A program made the position numbers and the translations under genes. A stretch of 64,000 nt of DNA from a virus (lineage: Duplodnaviria; Heunggongvirae; Uroviricota; Caudoviricetes): the IMG/VR virus record IMGVR_UViG_3300028584_000450, positions 159,394 through 223,393 of that record; one strand, 5' to 3'. Each line of letters opens with the position of its first letter. Positions within the stretch are counted from its first letter, which is position 1. Positions 10,560 to 18,714 of the stretch are shown in pieces. Under the pieces are notes generated by a model that saw only the letters and a list, made by a program, of their open reading frames with translations, searched no databases and was not told the origin of the DNA.

Positions 10560-11076
10560 AGATAAATTTGAAAAATATAAACAACAAATTTCAGAAAATA
10601 TGTATGTATTCCAGGATATACCAATAGAAGATCAAACTCCGGAGTTATGCTTGTTTGCAATTAATATAAATCCATGGGCATTTCAATTTATAACAGACCG
10701 ATCTCCCGAAATATGTAAACGGGCAATAGAAGAAAATCCATGGATGATTGAACTTATAGAAGATCAAACAGAAGAATTATGTAAACTTGCAATTAAACTA
10801 CTTCCAGTTTCATTTAAATTCATAATAAACCAAACTCCTGAATTATGTAAACTTGCAGTTGAAAGAAATGTATATTGTATTCAATATGTAAAAGATCAAA
10901 CGGAAGAATTATGTAAACTTGCAATTGAACAAGATGGGAAATTATTAAAATATGTGAAAAATAAAACATTAGAATTATGCATGATTGCAATTAAACAAGA
11001 TCGGTTAGCAATTAAACGTATTAGTAAAATTAAATTCCCACAAGCACATGAATATTGGAGACTATTATATGGCTAA
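10552..11076 (+). CDS. DUF4116-like tandem-repeat protein, array paralog 17
   Basis: Same family. Confidence 0.8.
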   Translation: MNKDKFEKYKQQISENMYVFQDIPIEDQTPELCLFAININPWAFQFITDRSPEICKRAIEENPWMIELIEDQTEELCKLAIKLLPVSFKFIINQTPELCKLAVERNVYCIQYVKDQTEELCKLAIEQDGKLLKYVKNKTLELCMIAIKQDRLAIKRISKIKFPQAHEYWRLLYG

Positions 11077-11677
11077 TGTAGACTATTATATGGATGATGG
11101 AGCGATAATAGTTGGTAATGTTAATATAGACGAAATGAAAAAAATAAAACACATAAGGAAAATTAATAAAAGTGAAGAAGAATCAAAATTAGCAATTAAA
11201 CAAAATCCATTTGCATTACAATATGTAGAACATCAAACTAAAGAATTATGTTTGCATGCAATTAAAAAATCACCATGGGCATTTGAATATGTAAAGGATC
11301 AAACAGAAGAAATATGTAAATTCGCAGTTGAACTAAGTCCTTTTACACTTAAATTTATAAAAGAGCAAACAGAAGAATTATGTACAATTGCAGTTAATTT
11401 AGTGCCATCAGTAATTAGATATGTAATAAATCAAACCCCGGAATTATGCATGTCTGCAATAAGAAAAGATGCATTATCATTAGAGTATATACAAGTTCAA
11501 ACAAAAGAACTTTGTGAAATTGCAGTTAAAATTAATCCATGGGCAATGAGATATATAAAAAATCCAACCATCCGATTATATAAACTTGCAATTGAACAAG
11601 AACCAAAGACAATCGAATATATTGATGAGACTAAATTTCCAGAAGCTCATGAGTATTGGAGATTACTATACGGCTAA
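11069..11677 (+). CDS. DUF4116-like tandem-repeat protein, array paralog 18 (last)
   Basis: Same family. C-terminal EYWRLLYG. No downstream paralog. Confidence 0.8.
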   Translation: MANVDYYMDDGAIIVGNVNIDEMKKIKHIRKINKSEEESKLAIKQNPFALQYVEHQTKELCLHAIKKSPWAFEYVKDQTEEICKFAVELSPFTLKFIKEQTEELCTIAVNLVPSVIRYVINQTPELCMSAIRKDALSLEYIQVQTKELCEIAVKINPWAMRYIKNPTIRLYKLAIEQEPKTIEYIDETKFPEAHEYWRLLYG

Positions 11678-11731
11678 CCTAAACACTATTTATTATCCCC
11701 ACATAATAAATGTAAATTTGGTTGATATTAA

Positions 11732-11744
11732 TTAACGGCAAAAT
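11732..11744 (+). promoter_or_regulatory. TTAACGGCAAAAT motif
   Basis: One of 8 same-orientation copies in the window. 40 nt upstream of the 11785 start. Confidence 0.35.
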
Positions 11745-11784
11745 CTGATAGTCCAATTATAAAAATCCCATTTGGAGGCAAAAA

Positions 11785-12228
11785 ATGAAAAAAGTGAAAA
11801 AAGTAAGTAAAACAATAGATACGATAAAGACATTCAAAATCTCCCCAGATACAGAATATGATATTGAATTTGATGAAGATGGGCCTTTCGATTGTCTAAT
11901 ACAAATTAGACATTTTGTATATGGTATAAGTAGCGTTGGTATTACAAAATTAAATCTAGACAATGTAATTAAAGATGCCGAAATTGTAGTTGCGACAGCT
12001 AAACTCACTGAAGATATTGAACCTATAATTAAAGAATTGGTATCAACATGCATTACAACTAGATATAAAGTAAAAGAAGTAGATGGTATCAATGATATAA
12101 CTACCAAAGTTAATCATATGATTAAAAATAAACCAGAATTATGGATAAATATAATTGGAGGAATGTCTGCTATTAGACAAATGCGCAATGAAGAAATTTT
12201 AAGCCTAAATGAACCTAAATGGAGTTAG
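11785..12228 (+). CDS. hypothetical protein
   Basis: ORF with GGAGG upstream. Confidence 0.6.
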   Translation: MKKVKKVSKTIDTIKTFKISPDTEYDIEFDEDGPFDCLIQIRHFVYGISSVGITKLNLDNVIKDAEIVVATAKLTEDIEPIIKELVSTCITTRYKVKEVDGINDITTKVNHMIKNKPELWINIIGGMSAIRQMRNEEILSLNEPKWS

Positions 12229-12241
12229 ATTCAATATTATA

Positions 12242-12251
12242 ATATAGATAT
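12242..12251 (+). promoter_or_regulatory. ATATAGATAT promoter-like motif
   Basis: Exact 10-mer, immediately followed by a hairpin. Confidence 0.4.
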
Positions 12252-12257
12252 TATTGA

Positions 12258-12298
12258 TTATAGGGAATGAGAAATCATTCCCTATAATTACTATTTTT
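12258..12298 (+). terminator. hairpin plus T-run (terminator or 5' leader structure)
   Basis: Stem TTATAGGGAATGA/TCATTCCCTATAA, GAAA loop, then a T-run. Confidence 0.5.
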
Positions 12299-12324
12299 AT
12301 TAATCAATCTAGGAGGTTTAACAT

Positions 12325-12759
12325 ATGACATATAACATGAAAGATATCGAATATATTAATTTTAATAAGATATATAATTGGGAATATTATATGGGATTTG
12401 CATATGATATGATAACGGATAAATTAATAGAGCGATCAATGGACTTCAATTTAAAAAATATTAATATAGACGATCATTGGTATCATCAAGAATTTTTTAA
12501 TGACCTAAATAAAAGTAAACGTGATGTAATAAAAATGCATGCTTATCGAATTGCAGCACTAGCAACAATTATTAAGAACAATTCAAATGAGATAATTACC
12601 CCTATTGATTTTGACTCAATTCGGTGGAATAATGGTTGTTCTGGAGTTCAAGATGGTAATCATAGAATCAGAGCATTTCAATTTCTAAAATATAAAAGTT
12701 TTCCAGCAAATTGTTCTGGAGAAGAATCTGAGATATTTAAGATAATCGATCTGGATTAA
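12325..12759 (+). CDS. ParB-like nuclease domain protein
   Basis: DGNHRIRAF motif (ParB/Srx D-G-x-H-R box). SD GGAGG upstream. Confidence 0.5.
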   Translation: MTYNMKDIEYINFNKIYNWEYYMGFAYDMITDKLIERSMDFNLKNINIDDHWYHQEFFNDLNKSKRDVIKMHAYRIAALATIIKNNSNEIITPIDFDSIRWNNGCSGVQDGNHRIRAFQFLKYKSFPANCSGEESEIFKIIDLD

Positions 12760-12783
12760 TTTAAACTAAAATATATAGATATT

Positions 12784-12793
12784 AGTAAAATAT
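12784..12793 (+). promoter_or_regulatory. ATATAGATAT promoter-like motif
   Basis: Exact 10-mer, about 30 nt upstream of the 12822 start. Confidence 0.4.
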
Positions 12794-12821
12794 AGATAAT
12801 GATTTATTTTTAGGAGAACGA

Positions 12822-13349
12822 ATGGCTAAATTTAGAGAAATAAAACAATATACACAAACACCATATTATCAAATAAATGTTAGTTGGGAAGAAGTTGAAA
12901 GTAAATTAGAATCAATATATAATAATAGGATGGGATATAAAGTTGAGTTAATTCCAGATTTCCAAAGAGGACATATCTGGTCTGAAAAGAAACAAATTGA
13001 ATATGTTGAATTTAAACTTCGTGGAGGTAATGGATCGAATGTATTAATTTGGAATTGCCCAGGATGGATGAACTCGTATATTGGTCCATATCAATTAGTA
13101 GATGGATTGCAACGAATCACAGCCGTGCAAAGATTTATGAAGAATGAAATTAAAGCCTGTGGATATTTGTATTCTGAATATGAAGATAGATTATTAAGTA
13201 ATTGTGAATTCGTATGGACAATTAATAATCTTAAATATAGACGAGATATACTACAATGGTATATTGAATTAAATTCTGGAGGTGTCGTTCATACACAAAA
13301 AGAAATAGATAGAATAAAATCGCTATTAGAAGTCGAACTTAAACTTTAA
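12822..13349 (+). CDS. DUF262 (ParB-like/GmrSD N-terminal) domain protein
   Basis: IPDFQRGHIW and VDGLQRITAV match the DUF262 signature motifs. Confidence 0.6.
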   Translation: MAKFREIKQYTQTPYYQINVSWEEVESKLESIYNNRMGYKVELIPDFQRGHIWSEKKQIEYVEFKLRGGNGSNVLIWNCPGWMNSYIGPYQLVDGLQRITAVQRFMKNEIKACGYLYSEYEDRLLSNCEFVWTINNLKYRRDILQWYIELNSGGVVHTQKEIDRIKSLLEVELKL

Positions 13350-13372
13350 AATTGTTGGAGCCTATTTAAAAA

Positions 13373-13930
13373 ATGATCGTTACGTTATCAGAACAGACAA
13401 AAGCGCACATAAAAACATTACGTCTATCGCCAAATACTTATTCATTTACAACTAGAGAATTGACACGAGCATATAAACGAGAAATCGTCAAAGCTCATCC
13501 AGAGAATGGTGGTTCTGATAGTAAATTACAAATAGTAAAATTTGCATATGATACCCTCAAATATATAGCAAATGATATCACCCCAGTATCAAAATATCAA
13601 ACATGTCCAGTATGTGAAGGCAATAAATTAATGATAATGAATAATAACTCAAAAAAGATCCCATGTCCAGATTGTGATACATTTCTTAATTCCAAAAATG
13701 AAATTGGTCCATCCGGAAAACAATCAATAAAATGTAAAGCATGTAATGGTGACGGAGTTTATAAACTGAAAAATGGTCGATTTGTACAATGCAAAAATTG
13801 TGATGGAATTGGTAAATTTATATTTAAATGTAAAAGTTGCAAAGGTACTAAATATATATCAGATCCAACGCAACCACCAGCAGTAACCCCATGTAGAAAT
13901 TGCAATGGAAGTGGAAAGATAGTAATTTAA
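13373..13930 (+). CDS. DnaJ-like protein: J-domain plus six CxxC(x)GxG zinc-finger motifs
   Basis: AYKREIVKAHPENGG...KFAYDTL is J-domain-like with HPE in place of HPD. CPVCEGNK, CKACNGDG, CKNCDGIG, CKSCKGTK and CRNCNGSG motifs. Confidence 0.6.
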   Translation: MIVTLSEQTKAHIKTLRLSPNTYSFTTRELTRAYKREIVKAHPENGGSDSKLQIVKFAYDTLKYIANDITPVSKYQTCPVCEGNKLMIMNNNSKKIPCPDCDTFLNSKNEIGPSGKQSIKCKACNGDGVYKLKNGRFVQCKNCDGIGKFIFKCKSCKGTKYISDPTQPPAVTPCRNCNGSGKIVI

Positions 13931-13941
13931 TTAAACTCAAA

Positions 13942-13979
13942 TCATAGGAATATATAACGTATTCCTATGATTATTTTTT
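13942..13979 (+). terminator. rho-independent terminator
   Basis: Stem TCATAGGAATA/ATTCCTATGA followed by TTATTTTTT. Confidence 0.6.
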
Positions 13980-13999
13980 ATAAAGGAATTCTCCAGATC

Positions 14000-14374
14000 A
14001 TGAAAAAGATAATATTAGATACTATTGATTTCATACCAGATATATTTATTGAAGAAGATTTAGATTATCATTTTGAATTTAATATATGTTTAGATATTAT
14101 ACCAGTTCAAATTCGAATTATAGAAATTAAAATAAATAGAGGATTTAGAAATATTTCTGAAATTAGAATTTTAGATGTTACCAATAATGTTAAACTTACG
14201 GTATTAAATGAATTAAAAGCAAGTGATGAGTTATCTGGAAGCATTAAAGCCCTATGGCCAAGTTTAATAGAAATGATTGCACATAAACATAAATTAAATC
14301 ATAATCATTTAGAGATAGCAAACTTATGGACTTTAATATTAACTAAATTCAATAAATTAACTATATCAAATTAA
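14000..14374 (+). CDS. hypothetical protein
   Basis: ORF. Start placed after the terminator hairpin (MKKIILDTI). Confidence 0.55.
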   Translation: MKKIILDTIDFIPDIFIEEDLDYHFEFNICLDIIPVQIRIIEIKINRGFRNISEIRILDVTNNVKLTVLNELKASDELSGSIKALWPSLIEMIAHKHKLNHNHLEIANLWTLILTKFNKLTISN

Positions 14375-14382
14375 GGAGAAAT

Positions 14383-15129
14383 ATGATAACTAAAACGCAA
14401 CTTGATGATAAGTTAAAAAGATTAAATATTAAATGTGAACTTGAATTTGATATAGAATCAATATTTAACGTTGATAAAGAATCAAACATTAATAAGATAA
14501 TATTAATGTCTAATGTCAATTATAAATTAAGATTTAATGTTAAAGATAGATCTACAATTTTTGTAATTCTATTATATTCTAATTCAAATCCATCCGAAAG
14601 CAATATTGAATATTATATTGAAGAAGCCCAAATTGATACTTCCGAAATTAAATATCAACTATATTGCAGAAGTGTAATTAATAAAAGACCATCATGCACT
14701 GCATATTATGCATATAAAGAAATGATGCATAGTTTAAATTATCTACCAAAATATCAACAATTAGGAAATATTAATGAATTAACAGAACTAATTAATAATA
14801 TTGTTGATCTAGTAACTATAGATATCGATAATGTTGATGATGTTGATAAAATTATAGAACCTATCGAACAAGAAAAATCATATAAGATAGTATTACATTA
14901 TACAACTGGATTGAAAGCCATATTATTTATAGTTAGATATAGTAAAGATGTTACTCATTTAATATTTACAGATCAATTAGAATTAAATATGGATGAATTT
15001 GCAGTCATAATAGCTGTAAAATCTCCAACTGTAATATATGGTGAATTATGGGAAATATGGAATCGTACAGTTAATATGATTATTGATAAGTATAAAGTAG
15101 AATATAAAAAATCTATAGAATCGAATTAA
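14383..15129 (+). CDS. hypothetical protein
   Basis: 248-aa ORF with SD AAGGAG upstream. Confidence 0.6.
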   Translation: MITKTQLDDKLKRLNIKCELEFDIESIFNVDKESNINKIILMSNVNYKLRFNVKDRSTIFVILLYSNSNPSESNIEYYIEEAQIDTSEIKYQLYCRSVINKRPSCTAYYAYKEMMHSLNYLPKYQQLGNINELTELINNIVDLVTIDIDNVDDVDKIIEPIEQEKSYKIVLHYTTGLKAILFIVRYSKDVTHLIFTDQLELNMDEFAVIIAVKSPTVIYGELWEIWNRTVNMIIDKYKVEYKKSIESN

Positions 15130-15156
15130 TATAATTCAATTATTTTTGTATAGTTT

Positions 15157-15166
15157 ATATAGATAT
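15157..15166 (+). promoter_or_regulatory. ATATAGATAT promoter-like motif
   Basis: Exact 10-mer. Confidence 0.4.
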
Positions 15167-15332
15167 ATAAGTTAGAATAGGTCTGAAAATCTTTAGGACT
15201 GTAAATATCAAAGATGATTTATTTGGAGGCAATGTAACCTATAATTATGAGGAGTGGTATCACCTAAGTATTGGATTAGAGATTAAAGTAGAGGTTGTAT
15301 TCGAAATAAATGCCAAAAAGGAAATTAAAACA

Positions 15333-15926
15333 ATGTTAAATTTAATAAATAGAAAATCAATTAAAGTATTAGTATTCATCGGTATGATTATGCTCGGTGG
15401 AGTAATCGGATATGGAGCATCAGTCGCAGTTAATGGATTTTCTAGAATTAATAAGTATCGCATTATTATAAAAAATAATGACATTGCTATTAATAACCTG
15501 AAAGCAGAAATGAAGCAAAATGTCAGTGTTATTGGTGAGCTTAAAGAAACGATAAATGATCTCAAAGAAGATATTGGTCTTGTTGATTCAAAATTGGATT
15601 TTCAAGATATCGAGAAAGTTAAGATAACATTCTATGCACCATCAGAAGGTGGGATAAATTCAAATGGTGATCCAAGTAAAACTGCCATTTTGAAAAAACC
15701 AATTTCAGGAAGAACGTGTGCTATAAGCACTGCTCTTTACGAAAAAGGTTGGTTATTCCATAAAGTTTATGTAGATGGGATTGGTATCTTTGAGGCCACA
15801 GATAGAATGAATACTAAAGTCAAGGGTATGCAAGTTGATATCTGCACAACTTCTAGTAGAAAGGCTAGAAAATTGACCCCAAAACATCGGGCAATAATTG
15901 TCAAACTTGAGCGCTTAAAGGATTAG
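15333..15926 (+). CDS. membrane-anchored 3D-domain (MltA/YocH-like) protein, possible cell-wall lytic enzyme
   Basis: N-terminal TM helix. KITFYAPSEGG...GRTCAIS...VYVDGIGIFEATDRM..VDI resembles the 3D domain. Confidence 0.45.
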   Translation: MLNLINRKSIKVLVFIGMIMLGGVIGYGASVAVNGFSRINKYRIIIKNNDIAINNLKAEMKQNVSVIGELKETINDLKEDIGLVDSKLDFQDIEKVKITFYAPSEGGINSNGDPSKTAILKKPISGRTCAISTALYEKGWLFHKVYVDGIGIFEATDRMNTKVKGMQVDICTTSSRKARKLTPKHRAIIVKLERLKD

Positions 15927-15935
15927 AAAAATAAT

Positions 15936-15968
15936 GCATGGGATGAAATTAAAAGTTTCATCCCATGC
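15936..15968 (+). terminator. terminator hairpin
   Basis: Stem GCATGGGATGAAA/TTTCATCCCATGC, loop TTAAAAG. No strong T-run follows. Confidence 0.5.
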
Positions 15969-16067
15969 AAATAACCTATAGGAAAAACCATTAATGTGGG
16001 AGATAATATTGATTTCAACTCTAATATTATTATTAGAGAAAATTATAAACTAATAATAGGATATTAA

Positions 16068-16598
16068 ATGAAAACTCGAAGACATTTACTAATATCGGAT
16101 ACACATTTTGGACACTTTAAACTAGTTAATTCTGGATATCGTCCAGATGGATTTGAAATTCAAATATTAGATAATTTACATAAGGTTAGCATCCCAACAG
16201 ATATATTAATATGCCTTGGAGATGTAAGTTTTTATAGACATGAAATTTGGCAAAAGAAATTACTCAAATCATTTAATGGGACACATGCATGGTTGGTTAA
16301 AGGAAATCATGATTACCAATCAGACAATTGGTATTTGAATATTGGATGGGATTTTGTGGGCGAACAAATTTCTCTGACTCGGTTTAAAAAGAAAATTTTA
16401 TTTACTCACATCCCAATGGACGATATTAGTAAATGGGATTTAAATATTCACGGGCACATGCATAGTGGTGTTCATCATCCTGAAATCAAATTAGCTGGAA
16501 AGCATAAATTAATATCTATGGAGAATAACAATTATCATCCAACAATATTACAAGATATATGCAATGAACCGATAATAGGAGAGTTAAATGAACATTAA
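16068..16598 (+). CDS. calcineurin-like metallophosphoesterase
   Basis: Motifs ISDTHFGH, GDV, GNHD, THIP, GHMH. Confidence 0.8.
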   Translation: MKTRRHLLISDTHFGHFKLVNSGYRPDGFEIQILDNLHKVSIPTDILICLGDVSFYRHEIWQKKLLKSFNGTHAWLVKGNHDYQSDNWYLNIGWDFVGEQISLTRFKKKILFTHIPMDDISKWDLNIHGHMHSGVHHPEIKLAGKHKLISMENNNYHPTILQDICNEPIIGELNEH

Positions 16599-17214
16599 AA
16601 TATTTATAAGTAAAGATAATTCACCAATATCGAAATCAAAAGATTCCCGATTTTTTAAACAATTTGTCGTATTTAAAGATAAGAAGTTCTGGATAGATGA
16701 GAATGGAGAATATAATGAATTATCGGATAATATATATAAATATATATTATGGGTTGCTGGAGAAGATAATATAGAATATATAAATTTATTATCTGATGAA
16801 GTGGAAAAGAAATTAAAAATTCTAATATTAAATCATTTAGATACATTTATTGAATCGAAAGATGAAATAATAAACTTTCTTAAAAATTTCAATCACATTT
16901 CAGATTATAAACCAGAAATTAAAGAAAGCCGGATTGTGTTATTTAATTCAAAAAAAATAAAGATCATAGAAACTAAAAATGGAGTGAAAATTAATGGATT
17001 TACAATCAATAAGAATACAAATCCAATACATTTTCCAGAAGTAATAAAAGAACAAATGGGTATAGATGAACTCATATCATTGGTAAATACAATAAATGGT
17101 AAATTATCTAAATTTAGAATAATATATAAAGATCCATATAAAGAACCACATAAAGCTGAAGATCCACAATTATATTATGGAATTACAGTTATCGATAAAC
17201 CACAACCTAAATAG
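16588..17214 (+). CDS. hypothetical protein
   Basis: Start overlaps the upstream stop. Confidence 0.6.
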   Translation: MNIKIFISKDNSPISKSKDSRFFKQFVVFKDKKFWIDENGEYNELSDNIYKYILWVAGEDNIEYINLLSDEVEKKLKILILNHLDTFIESKDEIINFLKNFNHISDYKPEIKESRIVLFNSKKIKIIETKNGVKINGFTINKNTNPIHFPEVIKEQMGIDELISLVNTINGKLSKFRIIYKDPYKEPHKAEDPQLYYGITVIDKPQPK

Positions 17215-17222
17215 GAATAAAT

Positions 17223-17459
17223 ATGTTTAATATTAAATTTGATCCAGGAAAACGAAAATACGAATACCAAATTAATAAAATGAGGTTTACGATTATAAAT
17301 AGAGGAAATTATAATTGGGAAATTATCACATGTAAAAGACATACACTTTTATTTCCATTTATTGTTTGGGAATGTGGAGAATGTTCAACTATAGATGAAA
17401 GAAATCTTATTGATAAATCAATTGGTGAAATACTTCTATATTCATTAACTACAAAATAA
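17223..17459 (+). CDS. hypothetical protein
   Basis: ORF with CxxC pair. Confidence 0.5.
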   Translation: MFNIKFDPGKRKYEYQINKMRFTIINRGNYNWEIITCKRHTLLFPFIVWECGECSTIDERNLIDKSIGEILLYSLTTK

Positions 17460-17470
17460 GAAGATTAATT

Positions 17471-17740
17471 ATGGCTGAATATATATCAGTAGAAGATCTA
17501 ATAAATCTAAAAGCAAAAGATATGAAAACTGCTATTAAAAAACAAGCAGTATTCATAATCAATAATTCAAAATTATCAATATTAAAATTATCCAAAAATA
17601 GATGGAAAGTTATACTTGAGCATAAACGGGAAAAGTCGTGGATATTTAAATTCAAGACAATCAAAACCCAAATAATTAATGAAGATGACCTGAAAAATAT
17701 GACCCTTGGAGATATTATAATAACTTTATATTCGACGTAA
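17471..17740 (+). CDS. hypothetical protein
   Basis: ORF. Confidence 0.5.
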   Translation: MAEYISVEDLINLKAKDMKTAIKKQAVFIINNSKLSILKLSKNRWKVILEHKREKSWIFKFKTIKTQIINEDDLKNMTLGDIIITLYST

Positions 17741-17754
17741 TATTATATTGTTTG

Positions 17755-17764
17755 ATATAGATAT
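17755..17764 (+). promoter_or_regulatory. ATATAGATAT promoter-like motif
   Basis: Exact 10-mer. Confidence 0.4.
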
Positions 17765-17821
17765 TATCAAATATAGGATACAGTTTAATAAACCCACATT
17801 TATTAATTGGAGAAAATAATT

Positions 17822-18034
17822 ATGTCACAAATGGATGGATCGCTAATCAATAGCATCGCGATGATGATGGTAAGAGAAGATAAAACAAAACATTTAAATG
17901 TTTTATCTTCAAGATATGAAACTTTTGTTGTTGTTAATATTCTAGATTTTTCAATAAAATTCACGGACATATCAACACCAAATACAATTGAAAGATCAAA
18001 GTTGATTGAATTGGTAGGTGCTAAATGTATATGA
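17822..18034 (+). CDS. hypothetical protein
   Basis: ATG after TTGGAG. The ORF-track start at 17807 is a TTG. Confidence 0.5.
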   Translation: MSQMDGSLINSIAMMMVREDKTKHLNVLSSRYETFVVVNILDFSIKFTDISTPNTIERSKLIELVGAKCI

Positions 18035-18264
18035 AGAATATAATCGAATTCACATATACCAAAATAAAAGCAATTGGATTCGATACAATGGTATTCGATA
18101 TTACTGGATCAGTATTCATTCATGATAAAAATGGATGGTTTCAAATAGATACTAATTGGTTTACAGTTAAATTAGAACAGCCTCCGGTTATTAATGGTAT
18201 GGTTGTTAAATTTTCAGCAGATGGGGATTCACCATATGAATACTCAGTTGAAATGGTCAGCTAA
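18025..18264 (+). CDS. hypothetical protein
   Basis: Overlapping start. Confidence 0.5.
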   Translation: MYMKNIIEFTYTKIKAIGFDTMVFDITGSVFIHDKNGWFQIDTNWFTVKLEQPPVINGMVVKFSADGDSPYEYSVEMVS

Positions 18265-18298
18265 TTCGTAAATCAAATCTGTCATTTTAAATTATTTG

Positions 18299-18308
18299 AT
18301 AGAGATAT
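18299..18308 (+). promoter_or_regulatory. ATAGAGATAT promoter-like motif (variant)
   Basis: Variant 10-mer. Confidence 0.3.
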
Positions 18309-18437
18309 TAATTTACATAGTTCCATTTGGAATATTTTTTGAAATCTCGTAAAAAAGGAAGGTGCATCATGCTCTGATGTGACAATAGAATTAGTATTAT
18401 AAACAATTATATAGAGCATCATAAATATATAATATTA

Positions 18438-18456
18438 TAATACGACTAACTTATAG
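18438..18456 (+). promoter_or_regulatory. T7-promoter-like sequence TAATACGACTAACTTATAG
   Basis: First 10 nt identical to the T7 phi10 consensus TAATACGACT; remainder has 1 mismatch and 1 insertion. Could be chance. Confidence 0.2.
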
Positions 18457-18466
18457 ATTATATAGT

Positions 18467-18618
18467 AGGACGGTCTGAAGAGCCGAATTAATTTAGATAG
18501 TTGGCTGAATTAATCCAATATTTAAATTAGACAAATCAAAGAAGGACGGTCTGATGAGCCGAAGTAATCTAAATAATTGGCTGAATTAATCCAATATTTA
18601 AATTAGATAATGTAGAGG
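18467..18618 (+). repeat. 2 x 76-bp tandem direct repeat; candidate small RNA
   Basis: Units 18467-18542 and 18543-18618 are ~90% identical (GGACGGTCTGAWGAGCCGAA...TTGGCTGAATTAATCCAATATTTAAATTAGA). Confidence 0.6.
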
Positions 18619-18653
18619 GTGTCAATAATGACACCCTCTTCACATTTTTTTAT
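18615..18653 (+). terminator. rho-independent terminator
   Basis: Stem GAGGGTGTCA/TGACACCCTC, loop ATAA, then TTCACATTTTTTTATTTT. Confidence 0.75.
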
Positions 18654-18663
18654 TTTCAATTTA

Positions 18664-18673
18664 ATATAGATAT
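18664..18673 (+). promoter_or_regulatory. ATATAGATAT promoter-like motif
   Basis: Exact 10-mer. Confidence 0.4.
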
Positions 18674-18714
18674 TGTAGATTGTAATCATGATAATTATTT
18701 AATTGGAGATAAAA

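Noticed and set aside
1426-11076. Multiple 60-130-aa minus-strand ORFs inside the repeat-protein array (for example 1426..1647, 2004..2393, 2186..2449, 3844..4041, 7998..8216, 9019..9219, 9928..10155, 10445..10660)
   Set aside because: They are antisense to strongly supported + strand genes. They have repetitive hydrophobic low-complexity translations and arise from the repeat structure, with no RBS or starts.
15260-15565. 101-aa minus-strand ORF overlapping the 3D-domain gene start
   Set aside because: Overlaps a motif-supported + strand gene and a promoter region, with no supporting signals.
18543-18600. Hammerhead-ribozyme-like core (CUGAUGAG...GAA; CUGAAGAG in the first unit) inside the 76-bp repeat units
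   Set aside because: CUGANGA is present, but stem II is only 3-4 bp with an 18-nt loop, an extra U separates it from GAA, and no convincing stem III or cleavage-site context could be built. Not supportable without covariance analysis.
18467-18618. CRISPR array
   Set aside because: Only two long (76-bp) directly adjacent repeat units with no unique spacers. No other regularly spaced short repeats in the window.
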